This document shows positions 24,284 to 38,015 of a DNA stretch of 64,000 bases, one piece after another (position 1 is the stretch's first letter; the number at the start of each line of letters is the position of its first letter). The position numbers and the translations under genes were made by a program. Source of the DNA: Diadema antillarum. Its lineage: Eukaryota. The notes beneath the pieces are model-generated. The model had not been told where the DNA came from. It did not search any database and saw only the letters and a list, made by a program, of their open reading frames with translations. Where the stretch lies: assembly GCF_040938485.1 (NCBI RefSeq), contig NW_027271171.1, positions 1-64,000 of the forward strand, given 5' to 3'.

Positions 24284-25030
24284 ATAGTGAGGTATAAATT
24301 TATCCAACTTAGAAGTTTTCTAGAGATGGGTGTATCAACACTCAGGAGTTGATACTGATAGTATGAGAATTGACACTTTGAAATTTGCAACATGGTAGTG
24401 CAGTACAAATTGCGCTGACTTAAACATTTTCAAGTCGTGAGTGAACCGACACTTAGAAACTGAACATTTGATAGTGAGGTACAAATTGCACCTGACTTAG
24501 ATAGATATTTTATGATGTGAGTGTACTGACACTTAGAATTTGGGCATTTGATAGTGAGGTACAAGTTGCACCAACTTAGAAATTTTTGAGGGTCATGTGA
24601 AGTGATACTTAGGACTTCAATATTTTATAGTGAGGTGCAAGTTGCACCAACTTAGAAATTTTTGAGGGTCATGTGAAGCGATACTTAGGACTTTAATATT
24701 TTATAGTGAGGTACGAACTCCTACCACTTAGATGTTTTCTAGAGATGCATGTATTGACACTTAAGAAATTGGCTACCTGAGAGCGGGGTACAAATTCTCA
24801 CAACTTAGACATTTCTTTTTGGGATATTTGAAGTGATACTTAGCAATTTGATATTTGATAGTGAAGTACAAACTGCACTGACTTAGAATTTTTGAGGGCA
24901 GTAGTACTGATAGATTGATATTCTAAAGTATGGGACAAATTGAGACAACTTAGTCATTCTGTGATATGAGTGACACTTAGAAATTCCCTACGTGGTAGTG
25001 TGGTCCAAATTGTGAGGACTTCAACTCAGA
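24284..25030. repeat. Degenerate tandem array, about 76-bp unit, about 9-10 copies
   Basis: Unit starts ATAGTGAGGTACAA(A/G)TTGCAC at 24284, 24395, 24471, 24551, 24627, 24703, 24780 and 24858; two ACTTAG cores per unit. Confidence 0.85.
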
Positions 25031-26486
25031 ATCAGATATGGTGTGGACATTGCCAACAATGATTAGTATGAACATGGCAGTGTTGTATGAAGTGGTGATA
25101 CTTAGTATTTTGTTGTGGGGTCACACACTGTCACAGACACACACTGTGACAGACACTGTCACAGACTTAGGCAATTTTCATGTTGATTGCTGATTTATGG
25201 CTTTCTTGGTGACGACCAAATTGTTCTAGTTATGTACATATTGTTGAGATCAGAGTCCGAGTTGGTACTCTGTTATTAAAGTTCCAGTTGAATGTTACAT
25301 ACTTGAGCAACTTAGAATTATTGTTAGTTTGTCTACACGAGTAACATGGTTGCAGGCTGATGGTTTTGCAAAGGCTAGCATGTGACTTGTGTATGTTGTT
25401 GAGCGAATGACAGCGATGTTATTGGACATGTTTGTGTCTGTGCTCATAGTGATGTTTGTTGGTGATACCACTGATTGATCTGAAAGTAGCACAAGAGGTA
25501 ATGTAGACTACGGTAGTGTAACTTAATTCTAATTATTTCTAATAACAACATTTTACATTAGGTGTGGCAAGATGTCTAGGCGTAATCCAGACAGGCTCAC
25601 GTCCATTGAAAACTCGGCTTAATATGAGAAGTGTAGTGTGCTACCAGTTTACATTAACGAGAACAGTTATTTGTAGGAGTGCAGGGCCAGTAGTGTGGAG
25701 GTTGTGTTGTGCATGTGCTAACGTTAGTGTGTGGAATGTTATGAAACTGACAGTTTGGCTATGACTGTTTACGTGACTGCGTGTGTGCAGGTATCGAGTT
25801 GAGCATGGCAATACTGGTACTTTACATACAGAATACATAGTTAGAGTCTTACTGTAAATAAACATGCTGTACAGCTAATATCACATCCATTACACAATCA
25901 TTTGCACTTACAAAGCTTACCTCAATTCACACATAAAACTAGTCGAGGCCATGGCTCGCTCGTGATAAGTAGTGCACGTCACAGACAGTAGTGTATTGCA
26001 GAAACTCAAACACGTGCTTACAACAGACCGCTACAGCTCAAGTGCAAACTAGATCTGCGAATGAATAGGAAGTCGGTATCCCCCCCCCCCTCCTACTCTG
26101 TCTCGTAGCTGGTTAGTGTCGTTGGTGAATTAGGGCTGAATGACAAAGTTGGTCGTTTAGTCCTGGAGGTCATGTCTCCTTAAATCATGTGGTGGCAGCA
26201 GCCAAGATAGTGTGATGAGAGATTGGATGTATTTGTATATTTTATTTTGTTTTGATACACTCTCGCGCTACAATACCTTTGTGTGATATGTATATCAGTC
26301 GATGTCAAATAAAGCCTGCACATGTAAAGGATTATTCAGAGGAAATATTACAAGAATGTGTCTTTCAATGGAAGATTCGACAATTTTTCTCTTCTGTAAT
26401 CCATGAAGTGCATGACTTCAACTTGCATTTTTGAAACCTTCGAAACTGTTTGTCCTTGCTTTGCGTTTGCAGTGAATAAATACGCG

Positions 26487-27644
26487 ATGGCTTCGTCATC
26501 CGATGAAGTGATTGTATCTGGGCAACCACATGAGATGGCCTTTGATGCTCTCAACTGCTTGGAGGTGGTGAATCTCACTGATGAAGGTGACGAAGAAGCT
26601 TATGGGTACAGCCGAAGCGAGACAATTTTCGCCACCCTCTGTCTCCCGTTAATCCTTGCACTCGGCATTCTGGATAATTCTGCGTTTATCTATGTTGTGT
26701 ACCGCGTCCCATGCATGCAGACGTCCATCAACTGTTACCTCGTGAATCTAGCAGTAGCGGATATTGTTTTCCTGTCGGCGGGAATAGGAGAGAAAATAGC
26801 GCGATATCGAGGATCTCCGATCCACGGTGACGATAACCCACTCGGCAAAGGAGGCTGCATCTGGGTATACCTCATCATGGACACGGCCTATTTTGCCTCA
26901 CTTTGCTTTGTCAGCTTAGTGTCAATGGATCGCTATTTGGCGGTCTGCAAGCCGCGTCTCAAAAATAGACATCGAAAGTCAAAGACCGCCCTCTTGACGG
27001 CTGGGTCGTGGCTGGCTTCCCTATGTCTGTCGTCGACGCTGATTCCTTCATCAACTAAATTATTACAAGTGTGTTTTGTTTTCTCGACCGATTCATCATT
27101 CAGTAATTGGCCATCAACTTGGGGCATTTGCGCTCCAGCTCAACCCTGGATGAAGGCATATGCCAACGGAATGCAGACGATTCCCTTCTTTTTCGCACTC
27201 GTCGTTAACGTAATCATGTTTGTGCTGATCGTCCGAAGTTTAAACCAGTCAATAGAGCGTCTGCAGTCTCACACGGAGATCCGGCCCGACGTCGATACGC
27301 ACGTCAGAGATCGGGTAGCTCGTATGCTAGTCATTAACGGGGTGGCATTCTTCGTGTGTCTCTCTCCCTTCGAAATCATCTCTTTGTCGGATATGATAGC
27401 GACTCTCCACGGTGACGAGTACCATCTTTCGAGCGACGCTCAAGCCAGACTCGTGTTCTTTAGTCGATCCCTTGCTTACATAAACTGTGTCATTAACCCC
27501 ATCATATACACAGCCATGAGCCACCGTTACAGACATGCATTTAGACAGGCTTTCCGTATCGGTGCATCCGCTAGTCCTGTCGGACATTCTACGAATACCG
27601 CCACAAACGAGTTCATGCGTGTTACACTGGATACCAGAGTGTAA
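26487..27644 (+). CDS. Rhodopsin-like (class A) GPCR, TRH/growth-hormone-secretagogue-receptor-like, 385 aa, single coding exon
   Basis: Seven hydrophobic segments; MQTSINCYLVNLAVAD (ICL1/TM2), SMDRYLAVC (TM3), FFVCLSPF (TM6), NCVINPIIY (TM7). The ORF opens at 26403, but an acceptor TTTGCAG ending 26472 precedes the likely ATG at 26487. Confidence 0.92.
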   Translation: MASSSDEVIVSGQPHEMAFDALNCLEVVNLTDEGDEEAYGYSRSETIFATLCLPLILALGILDNSAFIYVVYRVPCMQTSINCYLVNLAVADIVFLSAGIGEKIARYRGSPIHGDDNPLGKGGCIWVYLIMDTAYFASLCFVSLVSMDRYLAVCKPRLKNRHRKSKTALLTAGSWLASLCLSSTLIPSSTKLLQVCFVFSTDSSFSNWPSTWGICAPAQPWMKAYANGMQTIPFFFALVVNVIMFVLIVRSLNQSIERLQSHTEIRPDVDTHVRDRVARMLVINGVAFFVCLSPFEIISLSDMIATLHGDEYHLSSDAQARLVFFSRSLAYINCVINPIIYTAMSHRYRHAFRQAFRIGASASPVGHSTNTATNEFMRVTLDTRV

Positions 27645-30600
27645 AGGTAAGGGAAATCTTCAGAGGTACGAGGCGACTCACTTAGTACCTCCTTGGTCAG
27701 ACAGTGTTCTTCAAAGGGATATGACAAGGGATTTGCTCGCGGAACAAATGGCATTAGAACGTCTAAATATTTGAAGCCCAAAATCGCTGTGAACGATGAG
27801 ATACGTTTTGGAGAACTATATTTATTGCCTGTCCGGATCAATGGTTAATATCTGTATTTGCTGACAATGTTATAATTGCAAATAGATAACACAGAATGTT
27901 ACTGGGAAGTCAACGACAATGTAAATATCTTCGAAAGCACCGGCAGATCACTTCTCTCTAGAGCGCTTTCAGACTACAAACAAAAAAATAGTTTGTGATC
28001 CCGTTACAAAAATTTGTCTATAGTACTGACTGTTAATGCAAGCACTGACATGACATGCAAGAGTCTCCTCTCAATTTGCACATGCCACATTCATACCACA
28101 GCTGTGTCACAAACTCTATATCAAATTTTAGATCAAATAATTCGCAATACAACATGCAAAGAAAAGATGCAAATAATTCTTTAAAATCAGTCGGCAATAT
28201 AAAGCTAGTAATACATATCCAAAATCTAATTAATTACTGTTTATAGCTTGAACTAAGGCAGTATCAGAGTCGAAATATGTTAACATTGCTCTATAATAGC
28301 AACGTAAGTAACAAACACATGAACTTTGTTCATTGTACTACATGTATATTGCACTTCGGTCACTTGCACCCTTTTGCCAGAGTAGTGCAGCAGGGCGGAA
28401 GTAAACACTCGGACGGCGATTGGCCAATCGTGACTTGGCAAGCGTGTTTGGGAAAAAGTGCGATTTAAGTTTCCACTGGGGATTTTGCAAAATAACTCGA
28501 TTTGCACGAATCATTTTTTTTTTAACTCGTTACGATTGACTTCCTCTGTAAGTCTGAACCCCGTCAAAGGTAATCTATACATCGTATAGTAACGAAGATA
28601 TATATGTTAGCTGTGACTATTGAAATTGTTGACTTTTTTGGCGCAACAAGAAAAATCAACCAACCTTTACCAACCTTTCTACAAGGACGGCACGTCTAAA
28701 AAGCCCCCATTTTCTCTCTTTTTCTCTCTTTTAAGGTGATAAGCTAGCAGCGACATTTCAAACCTCGCAGATCTTTCGTTTCAGTTTTGATTTGATTGCA
28801 TTTCTGCATTTTCCGTGAAAATCATAACATGTACATAATTCAAATTATGATAATCATGAAAATTTCTAGTTTTTGAACAAATACAGTGAAATCAAAACGA
28901 TACACTTATTTGAGGAAGAAAAGAAAGAATGAACGAGTCTGCCATCTTAAGCAGGTAGTAGTGATGGCTGCCTCGATAAAAAAAAGCAATAAGTTTGTTT
29001 AAAATGTATTTATCCGATGTCCTCAGCCTGAACCGTTCATTCGCCAAGATGATAACGAAAACTGGCGATAAAGCAATCATTTACATCAAACCAACATTCC
29101 TTCAGAGTCTTTCAAAACAACTTGAGCCTGACCTATCAATGAATGCAGCGCAATTAACTCAGATATAGCAAGTTCGCTAAAATAGACGCATTGCATCGCA
29201 ATCTTGAACTCATCAAGTTATCTTCAAAACGGAAAGACATTTCTCTTACAAATTTCATTTTCAAATCAACATTTGACAAATTTACAATTTACAAATCTTT
29301 CATGAGAAAGCGCAGTATGAGATATAACGTGGAAACTATTTCGACTTTACTACTGCAGCCATTTGAAAGTAAGATATAATGCTCAAGCATTCTCTATCTT
29401 TATGCTTTTGTGACTGAAAAACAGAACGAGCACAGTTTATGACGCAGTTATAATTTACAGGTAAGCCCCAGTCTAATGAATTGAGATGTTGTTATTTTTT
29501 TTCATCAGACAAAACCATAAATTAAAGTATTACAAAAATGTAAACGAAATGATAAAGAGTCCGCGTTATTGTGTTCATTCTCCACCTCGAAACTAAATTT
29601 ATCTTGTTTTCTAACTATTCTCTATTCTCTATTCTCTCAAACTTTCTATTCCCAAACTGCCATGTGATAAATATCCTGCCATCTCAAAAATGTATCAAAT
29701 CAGAAAAGTTCTAGAATGTCAGAGAGAAAAAAAACTCAGCAATGTTGCGTATCTTTGAAAACAAAATATCCGTAGACGAAATCTGCATCTTACCAATCGA
29801 TGTCAAGAAAAAAGATATTTTTAAACCAATTTAATCAGATATCATGGATCGTCATTACATTAACGATCCTTTGTTATGGTATCGTAATGTATCTCTTGAC
29901 AGGAATTTGTTTTTGACGGTCTGATATATTTTACGAAATGATTTTCACTGCATCTACGCCAAATTAAAGAAAAGCTGCATGATTGTAAAACGAGAGGAAT
30001 TCGATGAGAACATATAAGGGATGAAATAATGTAAATGGTTTGAATTGAACTACTAGTACTAATACATTGATGTGTGATTATCGATAGACTAAAATGAACT
30101 GTGGACATGAAAATATGACAGCAATCATCGCATAAAGTATTGTAATTATGTTGATTAAAGATGATTGATTAAGGTTATGTGGTACTTGTTTGTTTGTTTA
30201 TTATAAAGATATTATGATTTTATTTTTGTTTTGTACAGTCTTCTGAGGATCGAGCATAAATCAAAATGAAATTTTGATTTACAATTAGCAGATATTGTAT
30301 GCCATGATTTCATAGTAAGTAGTAGAACGTATTGTCCGATAAGAATAATTATCAACGTCTTTTCGGGTAAACAATGGATGTGACAATGACATAAGGAAAC
30401 ATAGACAATGATAGAACAAGAATTGCAATGCTATTCAGACGTTGCACAAATGCAAATTCTATGCATCGCAATTTCGAAGTTTGCAAAGCAGAAAACTATT
30501 CGGCTTGAAGGAAGAGGTTGTATATCGTTCAGTATATCGTTTGTTGTTAATTCATTCTACTTCATAATGGTTGCCACCTACGATTTATAAAGTATTATAT

Positions 30601-31118
30601 ATCATAAAAAGGTCAAATTCTCGTAAAAGCGTTTTTGAATGGGAACTTTTACATCAAATATTTGCCTAATAGTATGTCGATGAATAATTTGTGACATGAC
30701 TTTTGTGAAATATGTTTAGGTACTATAGACTGAAATACACATGTATATATACAAGCATATGCTTTGTTTCCAAATAGAATTTCATAATGAATATTTGCCC
30801 TTGTGTGTGTATAAATTATGTGTGCATGTATGCGTGCATCTATGTTTGTGCGCTTATAATGATTAGTATATGAAGTACTCCCAACTGTACCACACCAATT
30901 TCTCATAATCTTTCAAAACAACTCGATACTGACATTATTATTCTCTCAATTAACACAGCGAATTGGACATGAATGATAGTAGAATGCTCTACATCTAGCT
31001 GCTTCACAATCTCTTATTATAGTCCCAAGCAGTAAAAGAAAAAAAAAAGTACCAAAGCGACTTTAGTTAAAATTTGCCATTGGTATTCTCACCAGCACTT
31101 AGACATATACAGTAATAA

Positions 31119-31538
31119 GGGTGCGTTCGAGCGCTCTCCTAAAGCGAACTGTACCGTACCGTACCCGCGCCAGAGGAGCGCTTGAACGCTCCTAAAGTGT
31201 ACCGTACCGTCTACTGTACCGAGCCAAAAGTGGACCACTTCCCGATGTGCTCCAAAAGCATACCGAAAGCGTACCAGAAGTTCGCTGTAAAGCATGCGCG
31301 TATCATGCGCATACGTCACAATGCAAAGACATCATTCTCTTTGTTCGGGACAGGTGAAAGTAGTTCAAGCGCCAGGTGGATGAAATTCTTCCTAAAAAAT
31401 GCGTGACCTTTTCTAAAAATAACTCGTGAGGTACGCTTTCTCGACAGAGCGCTCGAACGCTTCAAATCTGGCACAGTTCGGTACGGTACGCTTTGGTTCA
31501 GTTCGCTTTGGTTCGCTTTAGAGCGCTCGAACGCACCC
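31119..31538. mobile_element. PIF/Harbinger-like MITE
   Basis: TIR GGGTGCGTTCGAGCGCTCT..AAAGCGAAC / GTTCGCTTTAGAGCGCTCGAACGCACCC; left flank TAA (right flank TTT); GTACC subterminal repeats. Confidence 0.8.
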
Positions 31539-31605
31539 TTTTAAAGTTTACAAAAATCATATAAGAAATTAGGTCTGGTCATTTCTTAAATGGATGCTTA
31601 CAATC

Positions 31606-31871
31606 CATTATTCCGAAGGTTCGTTAATCCGATAATGAAATATCGCCCTTTTTTCAATTTCGGATTAACGAACCTTATTTCATTTTCGGATTAACGAATA
31701 TTCAGAATAACGAACCTGTGGAATAACGCCACACATATTTGGTTTAACGAACCCTATTTCATTTTCGGATGAACGAACATCTCGGTACACGTAATTTGTG
31801 TGTTCGGAATACTAGTAACGAACTGTTTTCTATTTTCTAATTAACGAACGTTCAGAATAACGAACATCACC
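31606..31871. mobile_element. Modular foldback MITE, copy 2
   Basis: Same CCGAA/TTCGG modules; right end GAATAACGAACATCACC intact, left end truncated. Confidence 0.7.
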
Positions 31872-32881
31872 ATAAATTGACGTCATGATTGTCGACTCCA
31901 CCACGTGAGACTTTTGAAAGTATATGATATGTTTGTTTGTTTGTTTGTTTGTTTTGGCCTTTACGTTCTTTTTGTAATTTTATGTAATTTTTCGGTTGTT
32001 ATGCTATTGAATTGTTGGTGAAGACTGAGGATGGATTTTTAGGCATGACAAAGGTGAACACATTCTAGGTTATCATGGATAAGGGGTAAGTCGAAAAGTT
32101 ATTTGTCAAGATTGAAAGAGACGCTACAAGAAAATTGTTTTAAAACGTAAGAACACATATTCAAAATCGAAAATAATTTCCCTGTACTCCATCTCGAAAA
32201 CATGTTAGTTCTCAATCTTTCGGTGTACTTCAAAATGTTCTATTTCTGGCATGTTTTGTCGAAAAATATCCCTCTAGCTCAAAATCGCGGCAAATCCCAG
32301 GAGATCACCCCTGTCAGAGAAAACCAATTCAGCAAGCTCCTGAAAATACGATATAAACATAATGTCACATGGCAACTCTACGACGTTTCCCATTTACTGT
32401 CAAGATCAAACCTTTTTGTACTTCAGTGGATATTACGGATCATCGTTGTTCAATAAACTTCAGTCGGTAATGATAACCTTATCTTCCGTGTATATAGAGG
32501 ACTTTGTTTTTGACATACTGAGATATTGGTTTAGAATGAAGGGCGCTTAGTGTCTGCATGGTAATGCTAGGGTCTAAAATGAGCAGGATATAGAAGTAGC
32601 AAATAGACATAAACACAACGAATTTTTAGGACGAACAACAAGTAAACTTAGTTTGGGGCATTTTCAGTGGAATTATTCTATCCTGTCAGGTGTGTTAAAC
32701 AGATAAGACGAATCGGGATATACAGTAAACAAACTTGCACCTTGGTGGAAATCATTCTTTCCTGAGTACAGACATGTTTAGCTTGGTGCAGTATCCTGAT
32801 AGGTGATTTGTCATCAGGAAACCTAATAACCAACGTGAATATACATTTCCATGTGGCCTGTAAAAATAAAGCAAAGTAAAT

Positions 32882-33240
32882 CGGTGATATTCGTTATTCC
32901 GACGGTTCGTTGTTCCGAAATACACAATTTCCTATACCATAAAACCCATTGAAGATGTTGTTTATCCGAACACTTGTGGCATTTATTCCGAAAATGATAC
33001 AAGGTTTGTTAATCCGAAAATGAAAAGAAGGTGCGTACTAATGTTCTCTCGGAATTACAAGCTCTATTTAGTTATCGGATTAATAATCCTTCGGAATGAC
33101 GAACCTTTCTTCATGTTCGGATTAAATGAACCATCAGAATAATTAACTTTTTTTTTCTTTTTCGAATCAACCAATCTTCGGAAAAAGCGAACCTTCGGAA
33201 TGACGAACCTTCGGAATAACCAGTCTTCGTACTAATGAAC
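32882..33240. mobile_element. Modular foldback MITE, copy 3
   Basis: Left end CGGTGATATTCGTTATTCCGA intact; repeated TTCGGAAT(G/A)ACGAACC modules. Confidence 0.7.
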
Positions 33241-34868
33241 TTTATATGCACGCACACATTTAAGCATAACATCGACTGGATAGTAATTCATCATACTTAG
33301 TTCAGAATTGAATGCAAAAAAAAGTGTTACGCCGACGTCTTATCACGATTACAACACTTCAATTATGCCAAATCTATGCGAAGTGGAAATTAATGAAATG
33401 AAAGGAAATAGAATGAAAAAAAAATATCTATTGTTGTCAAATAAACGACTTGGCGAGAAATCAAACTAACTAATTCGGTGAGACAATAAAGTGGTTATGT
33501 CAGACAAATCAGGAATGAATGTGTCCTTATAGATCTAAACCCACTGTTCCTAAAGAATCAGTTTGAGAGCCTTTCCCTTTTTTTCGAACAGATCATAACC
33601 TCTAACGACAAGACGTTGTTTAACATCGATTACCACTGATCGATAGCTCGAATCCGCGCCTTGTGACCAACTTCCATAACATTAGGGATGGACTGGGGAG
33701 AGGAAAAAACAAGCTACATCTAGGCCAAGAATGAATCGATAAGAGAAGCTAACACCATTTCAGTACGTCTCCTTTTAGACAGAGTGACGTGTGGAAAGAT
33801 AGTGACGCCAAAAGCAGGTGCTAGTTTGCCTGTTTCGAAAGTTCGAACGTTGATGGAACTATAATACTGTAGGAAAAATATGGGGGTGGGGAATTAGGTG
33901 GGTAAACGTTATAAATATCCTGCAAATTACCAGCTGTAAGTGTATAATTGCTACTTTAAAGCGAACAAGTCTCAATCTTCGATTATTTCTGAAAGTGGGA
34001 TGCTCGTATTGTTTGCTTTTGTTGTTGTGTTTCTGAATGGAAAATATCCTATGAGCGCTTTTACTGCAAATTACACGATCCATTTACTTGTTAAAACTTT
34101 ATTTCGACAGGGGGACCAATACCATACGATGCTGCGTCGATGACCTCATTTGGCGCCATGCTTTGAATAATGCATTGGTTTTTCCCGAGCCTATGATTGA
34201 TGTAGCCAAGAAAGAACCCTTTACAGGAGATGGCTCTCTGTTTGCGTAAGTGGCACAAAATTGTCGTCGGAAAGTGTCGCACCACGTTTGCACTGGTGAC
34301 AAAGAGAGAGAGAGAAAAAAAAAGTGCGCCAAATTGGGTGGGGACCTTTCACGGAAAGCGACGACCCCAGCATGAAGTGGCTGGAGGACCGCATGCTCGT
34401 GTCATTCTTAATCTTCTCATCCTCCTTCTCTTTCTTTGTCTGTCTGCCTCATCTCCATGTCTCCTTCTCTTGCTTGATGTCAGTAACGATTGCGTCTTTG
34501 AATTTGCCTTATTTGCACTTTGCCAATGCTTGCAGTGAAGTGTTTTGGTGGACGGACAAAGACATTACGTTAACTAAATAGTGATCTACCCTTTTGCCTC
34601 TTTTGTTTGATGCATAGAGGATAAAAACAGGTTGAAAAGTGGGCCAGCACAGGCCAGATGTAGTTCATAAGGTATTTCTCCGCCATAGGTTTGTATCAAA
34701 ACAATCGGACTCTTCTCACTTACAAGGAGAAAAATCACATCCATGATTGGTTTGAGGTTTAGGTAACAAAACACATGATTGGAAAAGAAATCAGTCTGTT
34801 TGCGGAATATTCATTTCATTTCATTTCATTTCATTTTATATCTAATTTAATTCAATTTCATTTAATTT

Positions 34869-35037
34869 NNNNNNNNNNNNNNNNNNNNNNNNNNNNNNNN
34901 NNNNNNNNNNNNNNNNNNNNNNNNNNNNNNNNNNNNNNNNNNNNNNNNNNNNNNNNNNNNNNNNNNNNNNNNNNNNNNNNNNNNNNNNNNNNNNNNNNNN
35001 NNNNNNNNNNNNNNNNNNNNNNNNNNNNNNNNNNNNN
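34869..35037. other. Assembly gap (N run)
   Basis: 169 N. Confidence 1.
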
Positions 35038-37403
35038 AATGTAAAATCTTCATGAATCAAGTAGCATACATAATTACACATATATACAGAGCACGCATTC
35101 CAAAAAGAAACACAAAAGATTTCAAGACATCACACATTTTCATTAATTCATTATAAATAACACAGAAATCCTTACATCCAATAACAAAAAATACATCCAC
35201 GACATAAAATGTTTCTTCCAAAACCCACATACATAAACTTAAATTAATGAAAAACAAATGTATCCAACTATATATTTACCTTTACATTTGTATAATTATT
35301 ATATATTGTGATTATGTTTATAAAAATAGAAACTACTTGATATAAGTACATAATATACAAGTGTATAATAATACCAGGATCTTATACCACCATAAATAAA
35401 TTCCAAAACACAAAGAAAGAAAAAAACACACCCTAAAACACTCAAAGGGGGAACCCGTTCGATGGAGATATATATGATGGGACTATTGGTTATTACTGCA
35501 GTTTGCGTGATAATATACTAGTAACACGTGAAGTTAATAAAAAACTAATAAAGAGATTATAAAAGTAATGGCGTATCAAGACATGATAGCTACGAAGACA
35601 TTCCTTCGAATCATCAAATTTAATGCCATTTTGTTTTTTAATATCTCTTATGCTGTTATGGTATTTCTGATGAGTGAGTTCCATGATAATAATGTCTTTT
35701 TCTGACTTTTCATCTTATTTCCTTCATCCCTCCCCTGAAAAAAGAAAAATCTCAATCTATGTCTCTGTAAAGTTTGCTGGATAAGCATGTTGTGTCTATG
35801 AACACAGGACGGTGTCGGAAGGAGAATAATGAGAACAAACTCTGACCGACGTCGCGGTAACAAAATATCATCGTCCATGCGCCTGGCAATATGAAATTGA
35901 ATTTGACTCCCCTAAACACTCTGTGGGCCAGGCAATGTTGACTTTTTATACATCCCTTCATTTTTCGGAGACAAGCTCTTACTTGTTAGAGTTTATAGGA
36001 CGTGTTCTTTACAACGGGGAATTGAGGCGTCCTACTTGAGGACCCCTATCTAATTTATTGAAACCTTTGCGCCAATATGCCTTCGTCATGTATACCAAGC
36101 TTGTAGGTAAACTGTGGAATGCGATATGTCCATGTTGATAGAGTAACAAAGACCAACCGCTCAAAAAAGAGAAAAGGATAAAAATGATATTTGGAGTTCA
36201 AGGTGGGTGGGGTCAACACTGTGAAGCTTGCTCACCTGGCATCCGAGTAGACTGAAAGCCGGCGAGAGGCATCTAAGATTTACCCGCAGAAAACCTAATA
36301 TGAAAGTCACGCCTTACCATAAATCTTGTCGACCTAAACTGTAGTGCAGAACCCGCCGTTCTGTATGTTTCATATTTGTATATATGAGGGGCTCGAAATT
36401 GAAACGGAAAGGTGGGTGCAACATGGAATTTCGTGCATTTCAGATGTCAATTGACGAAAACGTTATGCGGACAGAGGTATGCTAGATTAACTGACGTTTT
36501 CAGTAAATTAAAGCCTCTTTACTGGTCTTTGGGTAGGCAACACGGCAACCTAGAGCTACGAAGAAGCCTTCTACCTCGTGGACGTTTAGCAGATAATTAT
36601 CCACTAATTATAGTAGGAAACATTGACACTGACAACATGTTTGTTTGTTTGTTTTGATTGTTTGTTTGTTTTCTGGATGTAAACGTTGTAGGTTCCAGAT
36701 GCATGTGCGCGTGATTTCGAGCAGGATGTAGAGTTTAATTACCAATTTTAGGTTTATCACATATAATTACATGCACACACACACACACACACACACATCT
36801 ATATATAGTATACGTGTGTATATGCACATAAATGTATAGATATATTTATGCATATATGCATATGCATGTATACTTATGCGTATGTGTGAGTGTGAGTGTG
36901 TGTGTGTGTGTTTTTGTGTGTGTGTGTGGCTATGTGTGAGTGTGTATGATAATATGTTAGTACAAGTATGCGTTGTTGGAAGTGGGGGGGGGGGGGGGGG
37001 TAAGGGGATTTTGCCCGTCGGGCAGGATATGACGACTGTTATTCGGATGAGTGCAGAGTGGCATCTGCCCTCCCTCTATGTTTGACTTGCATCTCGGCTG
37101 GATCAAGGCTAAAACGTTCACTCATCCATCTCCCAGCTTATCTGACAATATCACTGTGACAGGTGAAAGGTTTTGATAACGTCACAGCTGAAAATCCGTT
37201 GTCACTAATGCAGTATGCAACTTGGAGAAAGAAAGAGAGACGGGGGGGGGGGGGGAGGTACCGGTGTACGTGTGTGGTTGTGTGTGTGTTCAACTGCTTG
37301 GCGTTTGGGGACTAATCGGCGCCATTCTGAAGTTATAAGTACAGCTCGTGCAAGTTTTTGAGTATCTACCGAGTTTTTAGTAAGAATCATTTGAGGACAG
37401 CGA

Positions 37404-37438
<35 letters not shown>

Positions 37439-37887
37439 TTATTCAGGATTTGGAAGTAAAAGCTTTGTTTCGATGGGGAGGGAGGGTGATTGGGTTTTTA
37501 TGAAAGATTTAATTATTGAGCTGAATAATTATTGATTAATTTTTTGCACATAATATTCCTTACAAGTGGCTATTTGTGTATGTTTCCACATTCAAGTAAA
37601 ATATGGTTTCAAATGTTAATACTGTTATAATCAAGTGAAAAATAATGCATAATGCATATCATGATAAGTATTGAATAATTTTTATTTTATTCATTTTTTT
37701 CCGTCATTGTTGAACAAAATGTTGCCATGGTATCAGTATGTTTTGGATGAGGATCATACTAAAATTTTGGTTTGGCTAACTCTCTCAGTTTTTTGAGTAT
37801 TTGGTTTCGAATATGATATAATATGTGACCATTATATTACCTAGATGTGAAAGATTTTTTTGTTGTTACTGTTGTGAAATGTGTTCC

Positions 37888-38015
37888 ATGGTAACTCCAT
37901 ATTTTGAATGATAATCATATGATAATGTGATTTCAGTTAATTTTCTCAGATATGGTAACTCCATATCTTGAATGATAATCATACGATAATGTGATTTCAG
38001 TTAATTTTCTCAGAT
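37888..38015. repeat. 64-bp tandem duplication (2 mismatches)
   Basis: ATGGTAACTCCATAT(T/C)TTGAATGATAATCATA(T/C)GATAATGTGATTTCAGTTAATTTTCTCAGAT twice. Confidence 0.9.

Noticed and set aside
24284-25030. Leucine-rich-repeat coding array (NIEVLSI.., LSWCNL..)
   Set aside because: The period of 76-80 bp is not a multiple of 3 and all frames have stops.
26403-26486. N-terminal extension of the GPCR ORF (MKCMTSTCIFETF...)
   Set aside because: It spans a pyrimidine-rich tract ending in a TTTGCAG acceptor, so it is more likely intron plus 5' UTR.
34099-34332. GSGKT P-loop-like motif in a short minus-strand ORF
   Set aside because: It lacks the first Gly of GxxxxGKT, has no Walker B or other context, and the ORF crosses a (GA)n/poly-A tract.
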